Below, in pieces: positions 9,207-19,832 of a DNA stretch of 64,000 nucleotides (position 1 is its first letter; the number at the start of each line of letters is the position of its first letter). The stretch is from contig CAWKKR010000007.1 of NCBI GenBank assembly GCA_963850305.1, positions 864,001-928,000 on the forward strand, read 5' to 3'. The translations under genes were made by a program, and so were the position numbers. The notes beneath the pieces are model-generated. The model made no database searches, was not told the DNA's origin, and was given only the letters and a program-made list of their open reading frames with translations. The DNA comes from an uncultured delta proteobacterium (GTDB taxonomy: Bacteria; Myxococcota_A; Polyangia; Polyangiales; Polyangiaceae).

Positions 9207-11399
9207 TCAGAACAGCACGCCGAGGTACAGGCGGAGAATCTGGGCGGCGGAGACGTCGGCACCGCCGAGCGCGTTCTTTTCCGCCTCCTGGTATCCGAGT
9301 CCGGCGAGAGGGAAGAGCACGCCGTACTCGAGCATGGCGAAGAACCCGCCGGCGCGGCCCGGCTTGTCGTTCAGACCGCCGTCCTTCGATTGAAAATAGA
9401 GGCGACCGTCGAGTTCGATACCGAGATCGCGCGCGTGCCCCGGCGTCTGCACGAATTCACTCGCGCGCGTCCAGATCACGCCCGCGCCGCCGCCGAGGCG
9501 CTGGCCGCTCGGTTTGCGCATGAAGTCGTACTCGACGCTGGGTTTGAAGTAATAGGTGCCCTGAATCCGCTGCAAGAGGTTGCGGTTCAGGATGAGATCG
9601 ATCCGGTACGCCGGATTGAACCGGAACGTCGAGATGGTCTTGCTGTCCACCGGCTCCTGGCCTGCTGCCGAGGGCACGAGGTTGTTAGGGTTCTGGTCGA
9701 CATTGAACGCGCTCGAGTCACCCGACGCCCACCCGAAATTGAACCCGAGACGGAGCTTGTCCTCGACGAGCCGCTGCTCGAGTTCGGTGGCGACGCCGTA
9801 CTCGCGGATCGTCCGACCCGCGTTCAGGTAGCTTTCCGGCGTCGTGTGCGGCGTGTTGTCGTCGCTGTCGATGGACCCGAGGACCGCGGCGCCTTCGGCC
9901 TCGAAGCGGAAACCCTTGTAGCGAAGCTGGAGCCAGAGATCCGGCGTCCAGATATTCGCGTTCCGTCGAGCATAGCTGTCCGCTATTTCGGCGCTCGTCG
10001 CATTCGGCACGTTCCCGGCGTTGGTCGCCGTCGCCGAGGCTGCCTGATCGTCGGCGAGGAGCTGCTTTCGGAGCGTGAGGTAGCCGCCCGCGTTGACCAC
10101 GACCTCGTCGTGGGCGAGGGCATTTTTGACCAGTTCCGGGCTCATCTTGCGCATCACGAGCAGGGACCACTGATTCACGTCGTCCAGTTGGCCCGCGTCG
10201 TACGGCTGCCCCCCCGGAAAGGGTGACGTCACGATGTAGCCCTCGTCGGGGAAGTCCCACGAGCCGCCGATGTAGAGATCCAAGGGCTTGATCGACGTGA
10301 TGAACTGCAAGCGATCGATCGTGGACTGATAGTCGTCGTCGATGCCGTCGCCGGCGTTGTGCACCATGCCGAGACCGAACTGATCGGGCATGCGCCCGAA
10401 TCGCAACTCGCCCACGGGCGTCGTGTACTCGGCCCAGACGCGTTGCACCGCGATGCTATTCTGGAGCGAGTTCACGCCCGCGGTCGGAGGCACCGCCGTG
10501 TCCGCATTGACGCCGTTCAGGTAGTAGCCATTGGCGGCGTTGACCTGATATCCGCCGCCGGGCGCTGGTGCGTACGAATACCCGCCCGGTGTCGAGCCGA
10601 GCACGACGTTGTCGAGCAGATCGATCTGAGACACGATTCGCAGGTTGTCCGAGATGTGGAGCTCGGGATCGAGACGGAACCGCAGGTTCGCGCCCGCTTG
10701 CGTCTTGTTCTTGCACCCCTGGAGTGGATACGTCGTGCTCGCCGGGTTGTCGTGGCTGCCGTTGCCGCTCTCTTGTGGCGTGCAGAGGTCAGGTCCGACG
10801 CCGCCGCCGCTTTGCCCCGCGGAGCTTGTCACCGTGTAGGTGTTGTCGGTCGGCTGGGGCCAGATGACGCCGTCGGTGCGTCCGAGCGAGAAGTTGTGAA
10901 AGAGCTCGGCACGCGTCCTGAAGTACCCGTGGATCTCGAAGATCGGCCGCGTGTGAGACCACCAATCTTCGGCCAGGATCTCTTCGTTCGATTTGGTCGC
11001 AGTTGGGACCGGACTCGTCGGCGGGGCAGCTGATGCTGCCGAGCTTTGTGCGGGCCACAGGCCAATCGGTCCGAGGCCGCTTGGCGCGCCGGTCGCGGGC
11101 AAGCTCGGTTCGGGAGCCGCGCTCGGTTCGTTGATTGGCTCCGCCGGCGCGCCCGTGCGACCCGTCGTGACGGGTCCCGCCGCCGGCTGTGCCGGCGCCG
11201 CCGGGGCGCCCGTGTCGGGAGTGTCCTTCGTCGGGGGCACGGGCGCCTTTCCGTTCGGCGACGCGGGCGTGGCATCCTTCGCGGTAGCAGCCGCAGCAGG
11301 TGTTGTCGGCGCGTTGGCGTGTTGAGGCGCCTGCGCGAACGCCGGAGATGACCACACGAGCCCCGCGGCTGAGGCGGCGGCTAGCCAGACTTTTGACAT
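9207..11399 (-). CDS. Myxobacterial outer-membrane protein (TIGR04551-like)
   Basis: Signal peptide, Pro/Ala linker, HGYFRTR, NLRFRLDPELHISDNLRI..QIDLLDNVVLGSTP, GELRFGRMP, FRFNPAYRIDLIL; terminal Phe. Confidence 0.75.
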   Translation of the reverse strand: MSKVWLAAASAAGLVWSSPAFAQAPQHANAPTTPAAAATAKDATPASPNGKAPVPPTKDTPDTGAPAAPAQPAAGPVTTGRTGAPAEPINEPSAAPEPSLPATGAPSGLGPIGLWPAQSSAASAAPPTSPVPTATKSNEEILAEDWWSHTRPIFEIHGYFRTRAELFHNFSLGRTDGVIWPQPTDNTYTVTSSAGQSGGGVGPDLCTPQESGNGSHDNPASTTYPLQGCKNKTQAGANLRFRLDPELHISDNLRIVSQIDLLDNVVLGSTPGGYSYAPAPGGGYQVNAANGYYLNGVNADTAVPPTAGVNSLQNSIAVQRVWAEYTTPVGELRFGRMPDQFGLGMVHNAGDGIDDDYQSTIDRLQFITSIKPLDLYIGGSWDFPDEGYIVTSPFPGGQPYDAGQLDDVNQWSLLVMRKMSPELVKNALAHDEVVVNAGGYLTLRKQLLADDQAASATATNAGNVPNATSAEIADSYARRNANIWTPDLWLQLRYKGFRFEAEGAAVLGSIDSDDNTPHTTPESYLNAGRTIREYGVATELEQRLVEDKLRLGFNFGWASGDSSAFNVDQNPNNLVPSAAGQEPVDSKTISTFRFNPAYRIDLILNRNLLQRIQGTYYFKPSVEYDFMRKPSGQRLGGGAGVIWTRASEFVQTPGHARDLGIELDGRLYFQSKDGGLNDKPGRAGGFFAMLEYGVLFPLAGLGYQEAEKNALGGADVSAAQILRLYLGVLF

Positions 11400-11443
11400 T
11401 TTTTCGCGGAACTCACGTGTGGGACGATCTCGGGCCGGCCGAG

Positions 11444-11472
11444 GTTTTGCACGCCGCGGGAAACAGTGTCAA
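11444..11472 (-). promoter_or_regulatory. Possible sigma70 promoter for the TIGR04551-like gene
   Basis: Minus strand TTGACA (11472-11467), 17 nt, CAAAAC (weak -10). Confidence 0.35.
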
Positions 11473-11692
11473 CGACGACCGTCGCCGTCCGCCGCGGAAC
11501 CGATGGAGGGCGCGTGAAGAGCGCGAGAGTGAGGAGCGCGAGGGGACCGAAAGGGCGACGGCGGCGCCTCTCGCAGGTTCTGTGCGTGATGGAGACCGAG
11601 AGAAGCCGCGCGTGGCGGATACCGTTGCGGAAAGGTTCCCTATTGTGCGATCCTACGCTGGGCTCCCCCTTGAGCCTCAGCGAGTGTTCGGC

Positions 11693-13318
11693 ATGAAGCA
11701 GTCAATGCGTCCGTCTGGGATCCTGGTGTCGGCAGCGGTTGGGCGCCACGAGCGGCGTCGCTCCGGAGTTCGGGGTATTCGACGCAGCCATTGGGGACTG
11801 CCCCTCGGTCTTGCCGGCCTTCTACTGGGGCCTTCGCTGCACGCGCAGCAAAAGGCGATAGACGGCGAGTTCTCGGTGCAACGGTTCGATCCGGCGCCCG
11901 GGCCCCGAAACTACTTCTCCACGGAAGGCGTGCGAACCGACGGAAAAATGGCGTGGAGCGTCGGTTTCGTTGCAAATTACGCGGCCGATCCGTTCGTCGT
12001 GGTGAGCTGCAAGACGAAGACCGACTGTTCGGACCCGAACGCCGTGCCCGGACACTCCTCGAACGTCGACGTCATCGACAAGATCATCACGGGCGATGTT
12101 CTCGCGTCCTTGACGCCCATCCCGCGGTTGCAGCTCGGCCTCAAGGTTCCCGTGTCCTACGTCCATGGTGACGGCCTCCAATCCACGGGAGTGCCGGTCG
12201 TCGGCGGGTTGAGCGGGGCGGGATTGGGCGACGCGGAGCTCGAGGCGAAGTTCCGAGCGTACGGTGAGGTAAAGGATCCGTTCGTCGTCGGCGTCGGCGC
12301 GTTTCTCACGGCGCCGCTCGGCCACGCGACGGCGGATGGCAAGTTCATCGGCGACGACACGCCGACCGCCGGGATCCGCGGGATCTTCGATGGCCGACAG
12401 GGGCCATTCTCGTTCGGGGGCAATCTCGCCGGCGTCTTTCGCGGCAGTGCGCGCGTCGGTTCGACGGATTTGGGCTCCGAGTTTCGTTACGGCATCGGCG
12501 CCGGCTTCGAGGCAAGTCCGGTGGTCCGCCTCATTCTCGACGGTTTCGGCGGGACGAAGTTCAGCTCGAGTAACGGAACGAACTCGATGGAGATCGACGG
12601 CGGCGGTGTCGTCACGCCGCTCCAGTCGGCGTTCGGGATCATGGTCGGCGGCGGTGCTGGAGTCATCTCGGGCGTCGGCGTTCCGACGTTTCGCGCGATC
12701 CTGGGGGTAACGTACACAGCGGACGTTCGCGACCGCGACGGCGATGGCATCCCGGACGACAAGGACAAATGCCCGACCGTCCCCGAGGACAAGGATGGCT
12801 TCGAAGATGCCGACGGCTGTCCCGATCCCGACAACGACGGGGACACGATCCTAGACAAGGACGACAAGTGTCCGAACCAGGCCGAAGACTTCGACGGGTT
12901 CCAGGATACCGACGGTTGTCCCGACCCGGACAACGACAAGGACGGCATTCCGGACGACAAAGATCAGTGTCCGAACAAGCCGGAAACCAAGAACGGATAC
13001 AAGGACGACGACGGTTGTCCCGACGAACCCGACAGGGACAACGACGGCGTTCCGGACTCGAGAGACAAGTGCCCGGATCAGCCCGAGGACACGGACGGCT
13101 TCCAGGACACGGACGGTTGCCCGGATCCTGACAACGACGGTGACGGCATCCCGGATGAGCAAGATGAGTGCGTCGACCAGCCCGAAACCGTGAACGGGTA
13201 CCAGGACCAGGACGGCTGCCCGGATACCGTGCCGGGTCAGAAAGCCGCGCCAGGGGCGGCGCCCGCCAAGAGCGAGCACAAGAAGACTCCGGCCGCGCCC
13301 CATCCTGCGACGAAGTAG
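11693..13318 (+). CDS. Outer-membrane beta-barrel protein with thrombospondin type-3 (Ca-binding) repeats, no OmpA domain
   Basis: QRFDPAPG N-terminus, amphipathic beta strands, then repeated DxDxDGIPDxxDxCP / DGFQDxDGCP units; start codon uncertain. Confidence 0.8.
   Translation: MKQSMRPSGILVSAAVGRHERRRSGVRGIRRSHWGLPLGLAGLLLGPSLHAQQKAIDGEFSVQRFDPAPGPRNYFSTEGVRTDGKMAWSVGFVANYAADPFVVVSCKTKTDCSDPNAVPGHSSNVDVIDKIITGDVLASLTPIPRLQLGLKVPVSYVHGDGLQSTGVPVVGGLSGAGLGDAELEAKFRAYGEVKDPFVVGVGAFLTAPLGHATADGKFIGDDTPTAGIRGIFDGRQGPFSFGGNLAGVFRGSARVGSTDLGSEFRYGIGAGFEASPVVRLILDGFGGTKFSSSNGTNSMEIDGGGVVTPLQSAFGIMVGGGAGVISGVGVPTFRAILGVTYTADVRDRDGDGIPDDKDKCPTVPEDKDGFEDADGCPDPDNDGDTILDKDDKCPNQAEDFDGFQDTDGCPDPDNDKDGIPDDKDQCPNKPETKNGYKDDDGCPDEPDRDNDGVPDSRDKCPDQPEDTDGFQDTDGCPDPDNDGDGIPDEQDECVDQPETVNGYQDQDGCPDTVPGQKAAPGAAPAKSEHKKTPAAPHPATK
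12730..13225 (+). repeat. Intragenic tandem TSP3 repeats (five ~33-codon units)
   Basis: Recurring GACGG(C/T)TG(C/T)CC and GACAACGAC at ~99-bp period. Confidence 0.85.
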
Positions 13319-13484
13319 CCTCGCTCGAGAGCATACGCCGGGCGCCGGGGCACACTACAGGTGGAAGTTTCCATGAGTGTGCGCCCGGGTGAGCGGTCGT
13401 GGGTCTCTTCCGCATGAATCAGCCGGACGGCCCGTCGAGCCGCATCGGAGGACTGGGAAACTCGCTAAGCTCACCGGTAACGGC

Positions 13485-14282
13485 ATGAGGCGGTTCATTC
13501 GCATGGCCTGTTGCGCGATCAGTCTCGTCGCGAGCGGTGTCGACGCGCAGGCCCAGCCGACTGCCGATTTGATTCAGAAGCTCGACCAGAGCGCGGATTT
13601 CCGCGTTCGGGTCCAGGCGGCGCTGGAGCTCGGCAAGACACATGGAACGTCGTCGCGTCGTGCGCTCGAATCGGCGCTCGACGACGAGAACGCGGCCGTT
13701 CGCGCGGCGGCTGCAGCCGGCCTGAAGGTGATGCGCGATCCCGAGGCGCTGCCCGCGCTTCGAAGGCACGAACACGACGGTTCCCCCGCCGTGCGCGCCC
13801 AGATCCACAGCTCGATCGCGGCTCTCGAAGGTTCCGACGATTCGACATCTTCTGGAAACGGATCGCGAACGCCCGACGTCATGGTCCAGGTCGGGAAGAT
13901 CCGCGGGGGCAACTCCACGACCTCTGGCGAGATGCTCGACGACATGGCGCGGACCTCGAAGCAAAAGCTGCGCGAGCTTCCGGGTGTGGGCATCTGCGAG
14001 GAGGGCAAGGAATCCCGGCGCGGCGTGCCAGTCGTCATGGTCACTGGCCGCGTGAAGCAGCTGGAGGAATCGCGGGAGGGCTCGAACGTCGTTTATATGG
14101 CGAGCATCGAGTTCGTCCTTCACAAGATGCCCGGTCAGACGATCAAAGGAGTCGTTTCCGGCAGCGCTCGCGCGAGCGGCTCCGTCGACGAACTCGCGGA
14201 CCTCCGGCGCAGCGCGATCGAAGCGGCGATCGACAGCGCCGTTCGTCGCGCGCCCGCGGCCCTGCGCGCGGCGGCGCAATAG
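13485..14282 (+). CDS. Secreted HEAT-repeat protein
   Basis: Signal-like N-terminus; DFRVRVQAALELG, DENAAVRAAAAAGL, DGSPAVRA. Confidence 0.75.
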   Translation: MRRFIRMACCAISLVASGVDAQAQPTADLIQKLDQSADFRVRVQAALELGKTHGTSSRRALESALDDENAAVRAAAAAGLKVMRDPEALPALRRHEHDGSPAVRAQIHSSIAALEGSDDSTSSGNGSRTPDVMVQVGKIRGGNSTTSGEMLDDMARTSKQKLRELPGVGICEEGKESRRGVPVVMVTGRVKQLEESREGSNVVYMASIEFVLHKMPGQTIKGVVSGSARASGSVDELADLRRSAIEAAIDSAVRRAPAALRAAAQ

Positions 14283-14313
14283 CCCAGAAGCGAGTTATAA
14301 GCGGCGCTCGTAG

Positions 14314-15453
14314 ATGGTCGAAACGGCATCGGACGGTCCGCTGGTGCTTTTCGTCTCGAAGCCGATCGCGGCTCCCTTTCATGACGGGACGAAGTGCCTC
14401 GTTCGCGACGTCGCAGCGCACCTTCGCCGCCATCGCGTCCAGGTCATGACGACGCCCGGGACGACGGAACTCGGGGTCCCGCTCGTCCCGGACCACCCGG
14501 GCGTTCGCTTCGCCGCGGTGTACGCGACGAGCGGCTCGTTCACGCCCGCGATTTCCGCGAACTTGCGCGCGGCCGCGTGGCTCATCGCGCGCTCGCGCGC
14601 TCAGATCTGGCACTTCGCGTTCGCGCCGAACCCTCGAACCAGTGCGGTCGGTCGCCTCGCCAAATCGATCCGGCGCGTCAAGGTCGTCCAGACGGTGGCG
14701 TCGCCGCCGCGGCTCTTTTTACCCGAGATCTTCTTCGCCGACATCGTCGTCGCGCAGAGTCGCTGGACTCGCGATCGGATCGAGGAGGTGTTTCGGGCTG
14801 CTGCTCGCTCTGCACCGCGCGTCGAGGTGATTCCCCCGCCGGTGGGCCCTATCGCTCCGCGCAGCGCGGATCAGGTCGCGGAAGTACGAGCAGCGCTCGG
14901 CCTCGAGTCGGGTTCGCCGGTGTTTGTGTATCCGGGGGACCTCGAGGTGAGCCAAGGCGCCGAAACCGTCGCCCGTGCGATCCCCGAGATCGTGAACCGT
15001 CTCCCGCGAGCGGTCGTGGTCTTCGCATGCCGGTTCAAGACGGCCCGCGCTCCCGCCGTCAGGGCGGCGCTCGAGCGGAGACTGGACGCACGTCACGTCC
15101 GTTTCGTCGAGACCGTCGATATACCGGCGCTGCTACTCGCCAGCACGGGGGTGCTATTCCCGGTGGATGATCTCACTGGCAAGGTGGATTTGCCGATCGC
15201 CCTTCTCGAGGCAATGCGCCTGGGCGCGCCCATCGTGACCCTGGACGAAGGGCCGCTCCGCGACCTCGACGGCGTGCTGCGGGTTCCAGGCGCCGATCCA
15301 GCGGCGCTCGCGGCTGCGGCCGTCGGACTCGTCCGGGAACCGGAGGCTCGCGCTCGGCTCGCCGCCGAAGCGATGGACGTCGTGACACGGCGCTTCGACG
15401 TGTCCGTCGTTGCGGGGGCGTACGAGCGCCTTTACGACGAACTTCTCCGCTGA
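14314..15453 (+). CDS. Glycosyltransferase family 4 (GT-B)
   Basis: VEVIPPPV, LPIALLEAMRLGAPIV, C-terminal RFDVSVVAGAYERLY. Confidence 0.8.
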   Translation: MVETASDGPLVLFVSKPIAAPFHDGTKCLVRDVAAHLRRHRVQVMTTPGTTELGVPLVPDHPGVRFAAVYATSGSFTPAISANLRAAAWLIARSRAQIWHFAFAPNPRTSAVGRLAKSIRRVKVVQTVASPPRLFLPEIFFADIVVAQSRWTRDRIEEVFRAAARSAPRVEVIPPPVGPIAPRSADQVAEVRAALGLESGSPVFVYPGDLEVSQGAETVARAIPEIVNRLPRAVVVFACRFKTARAPAVRAALERRLDARHVRFVETVDIPALLLASTGVLFPVDDLTGKVDLPIALLEAMRLGAPIVTLDEGPLRDLDGVLRVPGADPAALAAAAVGLVREPEARARLAAEAMDVVTRRFDVSVVAGAYERLYDELLR

Positions 15454-15504
15454 TCGGTCCTGGCCTCGCTGTCGACTCCCGGGTAGGCTCGTCCCTTCAA
15501 CGGT

Positions 15505-17034
15505 ATGGCAGATGACGTCTTCGGCATCGTCGGAACCGTCCAGGGCGGGGCGTTCCGCGTGGACCAGGTGGTCGCCGAGGGGGGATTTGCCGTCGTCTAT
15601 CGCGCGTACCACGGCGCGTTTCGATCCAGCGTCGCACTCAAGTGCCTGAAAATCCCTGGGGCTCTCTCGGACAGCGACCAAAAGGAGTTCCTCGAACAGT
15701 TCCGGGAAGAGGCCGAACTGTTGTTTCGGCTGTCCTCGGCCATTCCGAGCGTGGTGCGACCGCTTCACGTGGGCACTCTTGCGAACCCGAAGGGTCGGTT
15801 CGCGCCTTTCATCGCTCTCGAGTGGCTCGAAGGGCAAACGTTGAGCACGCTCATTTCGAATCGCGCCATCGCCGGCAAGCCGCCGCTGGATCTCGCGGCG
15901 GCCGTCAAACTGCTGACCCCGGCCGCAGATGCGCTCTGTCGCGCACACAAGTTTCCGACCGCGAAGGGGCCCGTCGCCATCGTGCACCGTGACATGAAGC
16001 CGGAGAACGTCTTCATCGTGAACATGCACGGCAAAGAAGTCGCGAAGATCTTGGACTTCGGCATCGCCAAGGTGAAGGCCCACACGACCCAGATGGTGGG
16101 CCGCCAGTCCGCGGGTGAGTCTCCCATGTCGGCGTTCACGCCTGCCTATGGCGCTCCGGAGCAATGGATCCCGAAGACCTACGGGCAGACGGGGCCCTGG
16201 ACGGACGTCTGGGGCTTGGCGCTGACCGTCGTCGAGACGTTATGCGGGCACGTCCCTATCGAAGGAGAGGTCGCGGCGATGATGGGATCGGCCCTCAATC
16301 CAGCGCGGCGGCCCACGCCTCGCGCGGAGGGGGTCGCCGTCACGGACGACGTGGAGGCGGTCTTCACGCAGGCACTGGCCGTCGATCCGCGCGAGCGCTT
16401 TCACGACGTCGGCGCATTCTGGAACGCGCTGTCCCTTGCCGCCGGTCTTCCGCCGATGATCGGCGACAGCTCGCCGAGCCTTCGGCCGGCATCCAGTGTC
16501 CCGGAAAGAACGCCGTCGCATCCGTCGACACCGGGCAACGCCGTTCCCGATCTCGTCGTCGGAGCGCCGCAAACACGAGCAGCGAGCGCACTCGAGGCGA
16601 AACCTCCGCGTCCCGCCCCGCCGGACCGGGCGTCGACGCCTCCCTCGTCGCGGCTCGCCGCGTCCGATCCGAACTCACTCTTCGGAGGAAGCGTGCTGGA
16701 AGCACCCACGGAAAGGGGACCCGAGATCCAGCTCCAGACCGGCGCCATGTACGCAAAAAAGCGCGTGGCGCACGAACACCAGCCCTTTCATCCGCCGGTT
16801 CAGCCCGTGAACCGCTCGTGGACCGGGGGCGCCGGCCGCCGCAAGCTCGGGCTGGAAGGTCCGATCAAGCTATTCGCGGTCGCCATCGTCCTGATGGCAG
16901 GTGATTACGTCTACGCTTCCATCACCGGAGAAGTGCCGCACCTGGGGCCGGCGCGCATGGTGTGGCTGGCAGGCCCAATTGCCGCGGCCGGCGTGTACCA
17001 GCTCTTTGCCCGGCTCCTCTCCGCCACCGAGTGA
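15505..17034 (+). CDS. Ser/Thr protein kinase with C-terminal membrane segments
   Basis: AEGGFAVVY, VALK, HRDMKPEN, DFG, APE, DVWG; two hydrophobic helices at the C-terminus. Confidence 0.9.
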   Translation: MADDVFGIVGTVQGGAFRVDQVVAEGGFAVVYRAYHGAFRSSVALKCLKIPGALSDSDQKEFLEQFREEAELLFRLSSAIPSVVRPLHVGTLANPKGRFAPFIALEWLEGQTLSTLISNRAIAGKPPLDLAAAVKLLTPAADALCRAHKFPTAKGPVAIVHRDMKPENVFIVNMHGKEVAKILDFGIAKVKAHTTQMVGRQSAGESPMSAFTPAYGAPEQWIPKTYGQTGPWTDVWGLALTVVETLCGHVPIEGEVAAMMGSALNPARRPTPRAEGVAVTDDVEAVFTQALAVDPRERFHDVGAFWNALSLAAGLPPMIGDSSPSLRPASSVPERTPSHPSTPGNAVPDLVVGAPQTRAASALEAKPPRPAPPDRASTPPSSRLAASDPNSLFGGSVLEAPTERGPEIQLQTGAMYAKKRVAHEHQPFHPPVQPVNRSWTGGAGRRKLGLEGPIKLFAVAIVLMAGDYVYASITGEVPHLGPARMVWLAGPIAAAGVYQLFARLLSATE

Positions 17035-17145
17035 TCGGATTTGTCGCTCTTCCGCACGGGTTACCGCCCGGGAAGGGGAGCCTCACGCGGTTTGACGGTC
17101 TGAGGTGCCGCCGCCGCTCACTGCTGGTAGAGGAACCGCCCCGCG

Positions 17146-19819
17146 ATGAGCCGCACGTCAGCCCAGGTTCGAGAAGCATTCCTCCAGTATTTCGCCCGCA
17201 ACGGGCACGAGGTCGTGTCGAGTGGTCCGCTGGTGCCCCCGAACGACCCGTCGCTCCTCTTCGCGAACGCCGGGATGGTCCAGTTCAAAGACGTCTTCAC
17301 CGGCCGGGATCGCCGCCCCTACCGGCGCGCCACCTCGTCGCAGAAGTGCATCCGCATCAGCGGCAAGCACAACGATCTCGAAAACGTGGGCCCCTCGCCG
17401 CGGCACCACACCTTCTTCGAGATGCTCGGGAACTTCAGCTTCGGTGACTACTTCAAGGAAGAGGCGATCCTTTTCGCCTGGGAGTTCTTGACGAAGACCC
17501 TCGAGCTTCCGACGGACCGGCTCGTCTGCACGTACTTCGGCGGCGAGGCGGGCGTCCCGGCGGACGAGGCGGCGCGTGACCTCTGGAAGAAGGTCAGCGG
17601 CTTCAGCGACGATCGCATCGTCGGACTCGGGATGGCGGACAACTTCTGGCAGATGGGCGACACGGGTCCCTGCGGTCCGTCGAGCGAGATCCACTGGTTC
17701 AACGGTGGCCCCGCTGACCCGTCCACGTTCGGCATCGAGCAGACGCCCGACGGGCGAGGGTGGATGGAAATCTGGAACCTCGTGTTCATGCAGTTCGAGC
17801 GCGACGGAACTGGCAAGCTCAGATCCGCTGCCCGCGCCGAGCATCGACACGGGCGCGGGGCTCGAGCGGCTTGCGGGAGTCGTGCAGGGCAAGCTCAACA
17901 ATTACGATACTGACCTGCTGCACGCCCTGGTCGACGATGCGGCTCGCCTGTCGCGGAAGACGTATGGAGGTTCCATGTCGCCCGACGACGTGAGCATGCG
18001 CGTCATCGCCGACCACGCGCGCACGACGGCGTTCTTGATCGCGGAGGGCGTGCTGCCCGATCGGACCGGTCGCGAATACGTCCTGCGCCGCGTCATGCGA
18101 CGGGCCATCCGGCACGGGCACCGGCTCGGTATCGAGCGACCTTTCCTGCACGAAGTGGCGCGGACGGTGACCGAGATCATGGGCGATCAGTACCCCGACC
18201 TGCGCGAGCGTCGCGATCTGATCATGACCGTCTCGGAGCAGGAAGAGGTGCGCTTCCGCCAGACGATCGAGCGCGGGCTCGGGCTGCTGGACGAGCGGTT
18301 CGAAAAGCTCGCAGCGGCCGGCGAGAGGCTCTTGCCGGGTGCGGACGCGTTCCAGCTTTACGACACGTATGGCTTCCCGCTCGATCTGACGCAGGTCATT
18401 TGCGCCGAGCGGGGTTATGCCGTCGATGAGCGCGGCTACGACGAGGCGCTCGAGGTCGCGCGTCGGCGTTCCGAGTTCAAGGGCGTCGAGCAAGCCGTCG
18501 AGTCGGTCTATCGTGACGTGCTTTCCACGGTCGAGAACGGTGCAGTGCGTTTCACCGGGTACGATCGGGACGAGGAGACGTCGACGGTTGCCAGCATCGT
18601 CCGGGACGGCGTGTCCGTGTCGACCGCCACGGCGGGCGACGCCGTAGAGATCGTCGTTTCACGAACGCCATTCTACGGCGAGGCGGGTGGCCAGGTCGGC
18701 GATCACGGTCTCATCACGACCGACACGGGCTGCGTAGGCGTCGAAGACACGCAGAAGCCCGTCCCTGGACTCGTCGTACACCGGGGCCGAGTCCAGTCCG
18801 GCATCGTGGAGGTCCGGCAATCGGCGAAGCTCGCCGTCGACGCCAAGCGACGCGAGGCGACGCGGCGAAATCATTCCGCGACGCACCTCTTGCATCTCGC
18901 GCTGCGCGCCGTGCTCGGGGTTCATGTGCAGCAAAAAGGCTCTCTCGTGGGCCCCGATCGGCTCCGCTTCGATTTCACCCACGGCAAGGCGCTACTGGCG
19001 GAAGAGATCCGCGCCGTCGAGGATCACGTCAACCAGCGTATCCTCTCGAACGCGCCCGTAGAGACCGAGGTGCTAAGCATCGATGCCGCTCGCACTCGCG
19101 GCGCAATGATGATCTTCGAAGAGAAGTACGGCGACGTCGTGCGCATGCTGACGATCGCGGACTCCGTGGAGCTCTGCGGCGGCACTCACGCCCGGGCGAC
19201 GGGCGACATCGGGTTGTTCAAGATCGTGTCCGAGCAAGGGGTCGCCGCGGGCGTCCGGCGCATCCTCGCGACGACCGGTGAGAACTCGCTCGCTTATCTG
19301 CGCGATCTCGAGGAGCGGATGGAGCGCGCGGCGCGGGCCGCGAAGTCGACCGGAGGGGACCTCGCGGAGAAGATCGAAAAGCTGGTCCTTCACGAGCGCA
19401 CGCTCGAGAAGCAAATCGAGGACCTCCAGCGCAAGCTGCTCACGGGCGGCGGCGCCGGCGGTATCGACGATCTCCTCCGTCGTGCCCGCGATGTGAACGG
19501 CATCAAGGTGCTCGGCGCTCGAACGGAGGTGACGGATCGCGGCGCTCTGCGGGAATTTGCCGAGCAGCTCCGCGACAAGCTCGGCGACGCCATCGTCGTC
19601 GTCGGTTCCGTCGCCGAGGACAAGGCACAGCTCGTTCTCACCGTGTCGAAGGCGCTCACCGGGCGCTACAAGGCCGGCGAGCTCATCCGCGGGCTTGCAG
19701 CCATCGTCGGCGGCTCGGGCGGCGGGCGCCCGGACATGGCGCAAGCCGGGGGCACCGACCCCACCAAGCTCGACGAGGCCCTCGATTCCATTTACTCGAG
19801 CGTCCAGGGGTTGCGGTGA
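17146..19819 (+). CDS. alaS: Alanine--tRNA ligase, frameshifted near 17821
   Basis: [27 protein letters not shown] and EIWNLVF in the first frame; [28 protein letters not shown] and [11 protein letters not shown] in the second. One extra base at CTC-A-GAT. Confidence 0.95.
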
Positions 19820-19832
19820 AGGGGGTGCGTGC

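Noticed and set aside
17800..17840. Programmed frameshift in alaS
   Set aside because: No slippery heptamer or homopolymer at the junction; similar indels in three unrelated genes point to sequence error
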